Shown one piece after another: positions 57,259-64,000 of a DNA stretch of 64,000 bases. The notes under the pieces are model-generated. The model was not told the origin of the DNA and searched no databases. It saw only the letters and a list, made by a program, of their open reading frames with translations. Position 1 is the first letter of the stretch, and every line of letters starts with the position of its first letter. Position numbers and translations under genes: made by a program. The stretch comes from a virus. The stretch is from positions 32,001 through 96,000 of the IMG/VR virus record IMGVR_UViG_3300023184_000039; one strand, written 5' to 3'.

Positions 57259-57504
57259 ATGAGAGTCTGGATTGACCAAGACCTATGCACTGGAGATGGT
57301 CTATGCGCAGAGATAGCCCCAGATGTTTTTCATATGATGCCAGACGGTCTTGCGTATGTAAAAGAAGGAGACAAGATTTATGCGGCCGCTGTGGGGAACC
57401 CAGAAGGCGCAGCTGGTTTAGCATCCTTTTCGGACGACAGGCTTGATGACGTAATTGAGTCAGCAGAAGAATGCCCTGGTGAATGTATCTTTATTGAGCC
57501 TTAG
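57259..57504 (+). CDS. ferredoxin (single cluster, 3Fe-4S/4Fe-4S type)
   Basis: MRVWIDQDLCTGDGLCAEIAPDVF...AEECPGECI (C-x2-D-x2-C...CP). Confidence 0.92.
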   Translation: MRVWIDQDLCTGDGLCAEIAPDVFHMMPDGLAYVKEGDKIYAAAVGNPEGAAGLASFSDDRLDDVIESAEECPGECIFIEP

Positions 57505-57914
57505 GGTTGACGGTTTTTAAGATGGTCAACAACTGAATACCTAACAAGATGTGGTGTGGTTTGTGCAAATTCTGGATTAAGAATTTTCCTCCACCCATAC
57601 GGTGATTGCATTAAGACACCAGGCAATCCTGTTGCCTCGCACGTTGTGGCAGCAATCGCCTCATATTTCTTAACGACGGCATTCATCTTTGAGAGAGCCT
57701 CTCCATCGTAAACATCTGATTGCTCAAAGTAGTAACGCAATCCAGCAAACTTTTGTTTAATCTGAACGACAATGTAATTGGAGTCTATTTCGGTTAACTC
57801 TTTGTCGCAATCAATAACAATCCGATACCAACCCTCGTCAACATCTATGGATTTATAAAACGGTGGGGATATCTTTTCCTTTAACTTCTCAACGGCAACC
57901 TGCAACTCATTCAC
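57501..57914 (-). CDS. conserved phage hypothetical protein
   Basis: GWY.I...QIKQKFAGLRYY...TCEATG motif. Confidence 0.65.
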   Translation of the reverse strand: MNELQVAVEKLKEKISPPFYKSIDVDEGWYRIVIDCDKELTEIDSNYIVVQIKQKFAGLRYYFEQSDVYDGEALSKMNAVVKKYEAIAATTCEATGLPGVLMQSPYGWRKILNPEFAQTTPHLVRYSVVDHLKNRQP

Positions 57915-58173
57915 TGATTGGTTCCATGTTCTTCTTTAATAGGTCCTCGTATGCCTCATTCGGGGTATTTCCGATACCAATAAGTTTTGACTCATCGGAA
58001 TCCATCCAGAAGTCAACAGCGCTGCCATCATCACCAAATACATAGTCCATATAGTTGTTGCTAATGTTTTCATCGTCCCAACTCCCAATTGCATGCCACT
58101 TACCACCCTCGTAGGTGCCTCCGTAGCGAGATTGACGAATCACAATTGGGTACAAATTTATTTTTTTGTCCAT
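57907..58173 (-). CDS. hypothetical protein
   Basis: 88 aa; overlaps the next gene; TAACAT 5 nt before the ATG. Confidence 0.6.
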   Translation of the reverse strand: MDKKINLYPIVIRQSRYGGTYEGGKWHAIGSWDDENISNNYMDYVFGDDGSAVDFWMDSDESKLIGIGNTPNEAYEDLLKKNMEPISE

Positions 58174-58181
58174 ACGATATG

Positions 58182-59009
58182 TTATCGCATTACAAGGAAC
58201 ATGTCGCCCTCTAATGCGTGTGCGAATATCCCATCAAATATTCGCTCTTCTGAGGAAAATCCCCCCGTGACAGCATGATATAGGCGTGATAGGTCAGCAA
58301 AAACAACATCGTATTGTTGCCACCGATGTTCAAATTGAACCGATGCGTCATACTTGATGGTGTTGGCAATTTTGCACATAATCGTTTCAAATCTTTGACG
58401 TTCTTTTTCGCCCCATTGGCGTCCCTGGTCGCAACAAAGTTTATCACCGTATGGAATATTCGTATTTGGTGGCATATATACCATTTCATTACCCGTAAGG
58501 TAATGTTTTTTTATCGGACAATAAATAGGGTGGTTGGAATCCACCGCACCATGTGCTTGCTCAACATAGAGGGACTTTTTCAAGAATTCAGCATCATCTT
58601 GTGAAAGATTTTGATACAACTGGATTCCATCAACAAAAAATGTTTTACCAGAATTAGGGGAGCAGGTAAATGTCCTCATGTTCCACGATGCACCAACGGC
58701 TGGATTTGGAAAGCCGATATGCTCCATATGCCAAACAACCAAAATATCATCCGTGCCAGTTGTAGCATTTTCCAAATTCCTCATATCAATGGTATGAGAG
58801 TGATTTTCCCTGTATGGAGTGTAATGCCCAGAGTCTCTCTGATTATTTGGGAACCATTTTGTAATATCCCCGAATGATTTCATAAGACTCAATTGCTCAT
58901 CGCGAGACATGTCATATCCACGCAAAACGAAACAACCAGATGCCATGTATTCTTCAAAGCACAAAGCAATATCAATTTCTTGAAATGATGATATTTCGTA
59001 AGTTTTCAT
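58182..59009 (-). CDS. TauD/TfdA-family Fe(II)/2-oxoglutarate dioxygenase
   Basis: WHMEH (H-x-E), GKTFFVD and HRWQQYDVVFAD...YHAV motifs; the track's 5' extension is tRNA sequence, so the start is placed at ATG 59009. Confidence 0.82.
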   Translation of the reverse strand: MKTYEISSFQEIDIALCFEEYMASGCFVLRGYDMSRDEQLSLMKSFGDITKWFPNNQRDSGHYTPYRENHSHTIDMRNLENATTGTDDILVVWHMEHIGFPNPAVGASWNMRTFTCSPNSGKTFFVDGIQLYQNLSQDDAEFLKKSLYVEQAHGAVDSNHPIYCPIKKHYLTGNEMVYMPPNTNIPYGDKLCCDQGRQWGEKERQRFETIMCKIANTIKYDASVQFEHRWQQYDVVFADLSRLYHAVTGGFSSEERIFDGIFAHALEGDMFLVMR

Positions 59010-59084
59010 GGCTGACGAGGTAGGGGTCGAACCTACGACAAGCGGATTAACAGTCCGCTGCTCTGCCAACTGAGCTACTCGTCA
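59009..59084 (-). tRNA. tRNA-Asn(GTT), CCA encoded
   Basis: TGACGAG TA GCTC AGTTGGCA GAGC A GCGGA CT GTT AA TCCGC TTGTC GTAGG TTCGACC CCTAC CTCGTCA G CCA. Confidence 0.95.
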
Positions 59085-59113
59085 TTGATTTATTGAAGAC
59101 TAGTTCATCTTTG

Positions 59114-59185
59114 TATCCCATGGAGGAATCGAACTTCCATCGATTGCTTAGAAGGCAATTGCTTTATCCATTAAGCTAATGGGAT
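59114..59185 (-). tRNA. tRNA-Arg(TCT), no encoded CCA
   Basis: ATCCCAT TA GCTT AATGGATA AAGC A ATTGC CT TCT AA GCAAT CGAT GGAAG TTCGATT CCTCC ATGGGAT A; one T-stem mismatch. Confidence 0.88.
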
Positions 59186-59682
59186 TAGATTTTCTTCTCT
59201 TTCTTTTGCTTCCGCCTGCGCTCACTGCGCTCTTGATTCCACCTTTTGTGACACGTCTTGCAATCACGCATTTTGAAGCCGGTATGTTTGCTGATTTTCC
59301 AATAGGTATTTCCTTCGTCGTAAAGATGGCCGTGTTTGCAGTGGGTTTTCCGGCTCTCCTTGTGATTTCCATGCAAGACAGAGTAACGCTGGTTATGTGA
59401 ACGAGTTCCAACTTCTAGGTGGTCTGGGCGAACGCATGGCGGATGATTGCAGAGATGACAAACTTCCATCCCATCCGGAACAGGACCGTTTAGTTTTTCC
59501 CAAATATATTTATGCGTCTGAATGTTTCCGCTTATTCCATTTCGTTTGCACGAAAACATGCCATATGTTTTTACTGTGTTCGCAGTCCATTCCCAACAAT
59601 CTGGTTTATCTGGATTACGTCCAGATTTATCTACCTTCTCCCAAAAACGTTCTTCTTCTGGTATTGGTTTTCTTCCTGCCAT
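59185..59682 (-). CDS. HNH homing endonuclease
   Basis: RFWEKVDK...CWEW...VCHLCNHPPCVRPDHL.VGT..HN, plus a C-terminal KTHCKHGH...CKTC domain. Confidence 0.9.
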   Translation of the reverse strand: MAGRKPIPEEERFWEKVDKSGRNPDKPDCWEWTANTVKTYGMFSCKRNGISGNIQTHKYIWEKLNGPVPDGMEVCHLCNHPPCVRPDHLEVGTRSHNQRYSVLHGNHKESRKTHCKHGHLYDEGNTYWKISKHTGFKMRDCKTCHKRWNQERSERRRKQKKEKKI

Positions 59683-59686
59683 GCCT

Positions 59687-61606
59687 CTACTTTATCGGAC
59701 ATGCCCCTGTGGCACAATCATCTAAGGTAATTTCAATATCATGCGAGCGTTGAACCAATGGGATTGAGTGGTTGATTTTGGCAACAGATTTTTCGTATTC
59801 TGCTTGGGTTATTTCCTCGTATGGGGGCAATTGGAAGTTGTGGTCAGCATGCAACAAGAAAGATACGGATTTGACATTCTTGTCATAGTTCTTTGATAGC
59901 CACAATTTGATTTCTTCCAATTCTTCCTTGCGATAATACACTGTTACCGAAACAGCATTATCTGCCCACATGGTTTGCATTTTTTTGACCCATTCAAGTT
60001 GCTCAAGTGCGGTCATGTTCTTTGCAAGCATTGAACCTTCTGGTGACATGCATGGAAACTCAACAACAAAACGGGTGTGGTCTTCTCTGCCGTCAATGCC
60101 AACATCGTATTGAACCTTGTATCCGCGCTTCCTGCATGAATCAACAAGTGGGTCAGAGGAGCCGAAGCGGACTCTACGGATGTAGTAGGGAGCGAATGCT
60201 GGATGGATTCCGGGGGTAACACCCGGAAGCAGGGACAGGGTTCCCGATGGTTGCACGGTTGTGAGTCGAACCGATACTGGGAGATTATTCGCTTCGGAAT
60301 ACTCCTTATCAAATTTCTCAAGTTCCTTATACGCAGCATCAAGCCATGAAACCTGTTCATCCGAACATTGCAAAACACCAGTAACAGATTGACCCAAACG
60401 TGCATTCTTCCTCACGATTGTCGTTGTTTTCTCGTAAGGGTAGGACATTTGGGTGATTTGCTTCTGCACCTTATAGAGCAATCGGGAAACCTCAAGTAAT
60501 TGTTCAAGAGATTCAATGTTTGGTAAGAAGATTGTTGCTAGGTTGCACGATTCTCCATTACCCAAGGCAATCTCTGCACACGGATTAAAGCCCTCCACAG
60601 AGGAGTCAGGCTTTGATTCTCCCAATCTCCCGTACTTCCTTGCAAGTTTCCTATTCAAGAGGCCGTAGGGCTCTCCAGAGCCGTCGTAGCCCCTCCAGAG
60701 TTCTGGTTGTATCTCCTCATAAGAGTCTGCATAGATACTGTTGTTTGAATTGGCGCGCCAACCCGGAACAGAACCAGATGACCAGTTTTTTGCACGCAGG
60801 AACAGAACATCGTCTGGGTCACCCATTGCTATTTGTGCTGAACGACGAGACGAACCAGAAACAACAATGCGACCGATGATGTTGCAGATGTCTAGGACAT
60901 CAATTGAGCGAAGCTTCTTGCCGACACGGTTGTCCATCACTAGGCAAATGTCTTTTATCCCATCAATCAATGCACCAGGTCCAGATGCCGTACCACCAAA
61001 TGTCTTGAGTTCTGCGCCATATTCACGAATGAGGACAGTGGAGTACGAAAATGATTTTCCTGTGTAGAAATATGACTTAAGAACGGCATGAAGCAATCTC
61101 TTCCATCCATGACGAGAATCTGGAACGATGATGTCTGCATCATTGCTTCTTTCCTGAGTAACCACAACACCACCAAGAACTTTAGGCAAATCGTGAATTT
61201 TGGAACGCTCTACCGAAAAGCCAACACCACCACCGAGCATTAGGTATTCAAAAATCATTTCAAAGTCTTCAATTTTTTCAATGTTTGTAAAATAGCAATT
61301 ATTTAAAGATGCAGCATTTAGTTTTTTTACTAATGGTGTTCCCAACTGCCATAGTGAACGACCCGAAAAAGTACATCGTAAATTAAACATGTGGTCAAAG
61401 AGTGTTTGCGCCTCTTCTGTTGAATAAGGGACACCAACCTCAATTGCTCCGTTGATTGTTCTTTGAATTGTCTCTGACCATGTCTCAAGTTCGCCATTGC
61501 TTTTCTTGCGCGAGTATGTGCGAAGGTAAACAATTTCACCGAGTCCATTAAATCCCCATGGTGGTGTTTTTGTTTCATACGTCGCAACAAAACTATCGTC
61601 AATCAT
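59687..61606 (-). CDS. nrdJ: class II (B12-dependent) ribonucleotide reductase, monomeric type
   Basis: YLRTYSR, GGGVGF, RRSAQI, GFNPCAEI, TVQPSGTLSLL and C-terminal CATGACPIK. Confidence 0.92.
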   Translation of the reverse strand: MIDDSFVATYETKTPPWGFNGLGEIVYLRTYSRKKSNGELETWSETIQRTINGAIEVGVPYSTEEAQTLFDHMFNLRCTFSGRSLWQLGTPLVKKLNAASLNNCYFTNIEKIEDFEMIFEYLMLGGGVGFSVERSKIHDLPKVLGGVVVTQERSNDADIIVPDSRHGWKRLLHAVLKSYFYTGKSFSYSTVLIREYGAELKTFGGTASGPGALIDGIKDICLVMDNRVGKKLRSIDVLDICNIIGRIVVSGSSRRSAQIAMGDPDDVLFLRAKNWSSGSVPGWRANSNNSIYADSYEEIQPELWRGYDGSGEPYGLLNRKLARKYGRLGESKPDSSVEGFNPCAEIALGNGESCNLATIFLPNIESLEQLLEVSRLLYKVQKQITQMSYPYEKTTTIVRKNARLGQSVTGVLQCSDEQVSWLDAAYKELEKFDKEYSEANNLPVSVRLTTVQPSGTLSLLPGVTPGIHPAFAPYYIRRVRFGSSDPLVDSCRKRGYKVQYDVGIDGREDHTRFVVEFPCMSPEGSMLAKNMTALEQLEWVKKMQTMWADNAVSVTVYYRKEELEEIKLWLSKNYDKNVKSVSFLLHADHNFQLPPYEEITQAEYEKSVAKINHSIPLVQRSHDIEITLDDCATGACPIK

Positions 61607-61677
61607 TTGATGTGCCCCTCAATGTGGTCGTTTGGTTCCTGAAAGATACCAGTTTACATCACCAAAAAATAGTGAAA

Positions 61678-62013
61678 TTAAGAAATTAGACCTAATTCTT
61701 TTGCCTTCACAAGTGGGATGTAGTCACCCTTCCTGTGGATAAGTACGCGTATTGTTGCGAACTGAGTTAATTGACGATTTTCGTAGATATCTTCTTCAAC
61801 AAGAACTGTTTGTGTTTCTTTGAGCAATTCAATCTGATTGAATCCAGCAATGTGTTTTGGTGGAACCTGACTACCAGCACAATCTCCGGTTGGGTGACCA
61901 CAAACTGGGCACGGTCTTCTGTCGGCAGGAAATACTTCTGCTCCAGCAATTGAATATTTGCCGTTGAATCCGAGTCCGCCACCTGCCCTGAATGGTTCTG
62001 GGTAACTTTCCAT
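61678..62013 (-). CDS. hypothetical protein with CPVCGH...C motif
   Basis: 111 aa; TAAACT-N6-ATG. Confidence 0.65.
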   Translation of the reverse strand: MESYPEPFRAGGGLGFNGKYSIAGAEVFPADRRPCPVCGHPTGDCAGSQVPPKHIAGFNQIELLKETQTVLVEEDIYENRQLTQFATIRVLIHRKGDYIPLVKAKELGLIS

Positions 62014-62025
62014 ATATAAAGTTTA

Positions 62026-62673
62026 TCAGTAATCTAATTCGCTAAATTCAAAAACCTCAAAGCCATCTCTATACATTTGCTTGACAATGGCATGTCGACT
62101 TGCTTCATCTGCATTCATGTCAATTTTTTCGCCGAGAATGGATACCATCATTGAGGGAAACATGCTCTCCCTGAGGATTTTGGTTGCATCGTCTGGAGCG
62201 GCCAACATTTTCTTCCACTTAACGGAACGGTTTGTCCCATATGAATACGGTATGGCAACAAGGCTCACAACGGGCTTTTCTGATTCTTTGGAAACACATG
62301 CATGCGTAATCGTAAGGCATTCCTTGATTTTCTCCGTGTTGGCAAACATTTGTTTTAAGTCTTTGCCGCGACTGGCGAGTGGGTCTAGTGAAACAAACCC
62401 CTCTGCGACCATGGTGATGTCTGTGACATGCCAGTACTTCCTCATTGCAAGACAAACATTGAACGATTGCTGAAATCTATTTGCTGGAATTTGCTTCATG
62501 CTCTCTTTGCCCATCTGGCAGATTATCCGAAGCCTGGGGCCGTCCCAGCCAAAAAAGTTAAAACTGAGGTCTTCCCCAATTCCGTCTCTCTTAACCCCAT
62601 CCTCTTTCGCCAACTGTGACGATGTGGAAATTAGAGCCATTTTGTTTATGTCGTCAGAGTAGTCATCAATCAT
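62026..62673 (-). CDS. hypothetical protein
   Basis: 215 aa; TAGGGT-N6-ATG. Confidence 0.65.
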   Translation of the reverse strand: MIDDYSDDINKMALISTSSQLAKEDGVKRDGIGEDLSFNFFGWDGPRLRIICQMGKESMKQIPANRFQQSFNVCLAMRKYWHVTDITMVAEGFVSLDPLASRGKDLKQMFANTEKIKECLTITHACVSKESEKPVVSLVAIPYSYGTNRSVKWKKMLAAPDDATKILRESMFPSMMVSILGEKIDMNADEASRHAIVKQMYRDGFEVFEFSELDY

Positions 62674-62718
62674 CTCCCAACCCTAATACAAAACCCCTAG
62701 AAATCAGGGTATGGGTGG

Positions 62719-62753
62719 AGTTCCACTACGGACGGCAATCGTGTGACTAGAAT
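62719..62753 (+). promoter_or_regulatory. candidate late promoter AGTTCCACT-N20-TAGAAT
   Basis: Motif and spacing as in the structural-gene copies; ATG follows 9 nt later. Confidence 0.58.
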
Positions 62754-62762
62754 CTACATTCT

Positions 62763-62987
62763 ATGACAAACTCAAAAACCCCAAAAAAGAAGACCCCAGC
62801 AAAAAAGGCTCCAGCAAAAAAAGTTGCAGCGAAAACTGCCACCCCAGTTGCAAAAACGGAATCCTCTTCGGCTACGACCGGAACAGCAACTCCAACTTCT
62901 GCCTCATCGGCACAAATGGTAAAGATTGCCGTTCAAGTCGCGCCAAAAAAGAAATCGTTTTTACGTCGCCTTTTCGGCGCAAAGTAA
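62763..62987 (+). CDS. small Lys/Ala-rich histone-like protein
   Basis: KTPKKKTPAKKAPAKKVAAK repeats; C-terminal KKSFLRRLFG. Confidence 0.65.
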   Translation: MTNSKTPKKKTPAKKAPAKKVAAKTATPVAKTESSSATTGTATPTSASSAQMVKIAVQVAPKKKSFLRRLFGAK

Positions 62988-63203
62988 TTACTTTTTGCGT
63001 TGGTCTCGCTTCATCTGGCGAAACTCTTCTTCAACCTGCGCGTCAAATTCTGCTTGGTGCTTACGGCTAATGACAATCATTGCTCGTCGGCGTGATTCTG
63101 CGCGCATTGCTACTACTTCTTTGCGTTGCATGCGCTCGTCTTCTGCCAAACGTGGACGACCACGCTTCATACCACTTGATTTGAGTTTTGTGTATTCGCT
63201 CAT
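62988..63203 (-). CDS. small basic protein with AT-hook-like motif
   Basis: AAGGAG RBS; KRGRPR followed by a charged helix. Confidence 0.65.
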   Translation of the reverse strand: MSEYTKLKSSGMKRGRPRLAEDERMQRKEVVAMRAESRRRAMIVISRKHQAEFDAQVEEEFRQMKRDQRKK

Positions 63204-63258
63204 TTTTGCTCCTTGGTTTAATATGGCTTTTTATTAGAGTAATAAAGGTAATCAAACT

Positions 63259-63462
63259 ATGACAAAACAACAACCCCAAATAGAAGTTTTTTTGCCGAAT
63301 TTTAGAAATGCAATATCCGATTATTTGTCAGAGCTGGTAAAGGTTTCCTCGGATTTTGTAGAAAAATCAGAAGTCATTGACAAACTTCTTGACATACTTG
63401 GCAACGACGAGGGATACCCCATTGACGGGGACGAGATGGCTAGATATTGGTCTAGGCGTTAG
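63259..63462 (+). CDS. hypothetical protein
   Basis: 67 aa; AAGG RBS. Confidence 0.5.
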   Translation: MTKQQPQIEVFLPNFRNAISDYLSELVKVSSDFVEKSEVIDKLLDILGNDEGYPIDGDEMARYWSRR

Positions 63463-63928
63463 GTAAATCGTAGTCTTTCTTGCTTAACATATTTATTGTT
63501 TCTGATTTTTGAACAACATATGCCAGTGCAGGATTTTCTGAATTTGGAGCCATCACACGCTTTGTATTTTCGTTGTAGAGATTCGGCAATGACCTGAGGT
63601 ATCTCTTAATTCTGTCAACTTTAAACATGACAAAAGATTCATCAACTGCAAATATGTAAACCCACCAAACGGCTTTCGTTACATTTAATCCAGATGGAAC
63701 CCATATTTGATTCCCCTCTGCATCTTTCCTGTTTCCTGGGCTTTGGTGTGTTTCAATGACCATATTGCCATTTTTGTATCTATCTGTTTTTACCTCAACC
63801 GCGCCAGAACCGATAAGTTTTGCAAATTCAACTATGGACACTTCACCGGATTGACCAAACTCTAAATCTTTCTTGAAATCAATCTGATTGCCAAGTGCGC
63901 TGATGTCATAATCGGATAGTCGAGACAT
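63452..63928 (-). CDS. PD-(D/E)XK-like phage protein
   Basis: FKKDLEFGQSGE...VEVKTD...GNMVIE...PSGLNVTKA.WW; likely start ATG 63928 (TAGGAT-N7). Confidence 0.6.
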   Translation of the reverse strand: MSRLSDYDISALGNQIDFKKDLEFGQSGEVSIVEFAKLIGSGAVEVKTDRYKNGNMVIETHQSPGNRKDAEGNQIWVPSGLNVTKAVWWVYIFAVDESFVMFKVDRIKRYLRSLPNLYNENTKRVMAPNSENPALAYVVQKSETINMLSKKDYDLPNA

Positions 63929-64000
63929 ATGGACTATCCTATAGGTATGGCACACGAGATTGAAACGACCAACGGACAAGCGAGAATGGCTTACTCTGGG

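Noticed and set aside
59010-59069. N-terminal extension of the TauD ORF (MAEQRTVNPLVVGSTPT)
   Set aside because: This is translated tRNA-Asn sequence.
59687-61606. Intein or intron in the RNR associated with the neighbouring HNH
   Set aside because: The RNR is continuous, of normal length and has an intact C-terminus; the HNH is free-standing.
1-64000. Alternative genetic code or stop-codon recoding
   Set aside because: Genes are full length and densely packed under the standard code, all three stops are used, and no suppressor tRNA is present.

Overview
The whole window reads as part of a large tailed dsDNA phage genome with a contractile tail (myovirus morphology) and an HK97-type head; no cellular housekeeping region is visible. 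The host is probably actinobacterial (inference from an r1t-type holin, an Acidimicrobiia-like ferredoxin and many TANNNT-N6/7-start leaderless genes). Layout: 1-21970 (-) holds tail fibres, holin, baseplate, tape measure, chaperone, tube, sheath and head-tail genes. 22030-29542 (-) holds a ParB/PAPS-reductase (IbrAB-like) module, RuvC, HNH, RecB-like exonuclease, Rad52/Sak and the large terminase. 29610-57504 (+) holds the portal, a 3,984-aa prohead-protease-led giant ORF, about 10 kb of putative head-cargo genes, the major capsid protein, Dps, SNase and a ferredoxin. 57501-64000 holds a TauD dioxygenase, two tRNAs, an HNH, class II RNR and small ORFs. Strongest novelties: (1) the giant ORF is a prohead protease followed by about 24 modules (6 KTSC domains, an ArdC/zincin unit, HTHs, acidic modules) separated by a recurring LGSR linker, suggesting a self-processing virion cargo polyprotein; (2) an intergenic minus-strand small RNA candidate whose first 17 nt are exactly complementary to 23S rRNA helix 69, followed by a 22-bp GNRA hairpin; (3) a candidate late promoter AGTTSCMCY-N20-TANNNT in five places. 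All family assignments are from motif recognition by eye; no searches were run.
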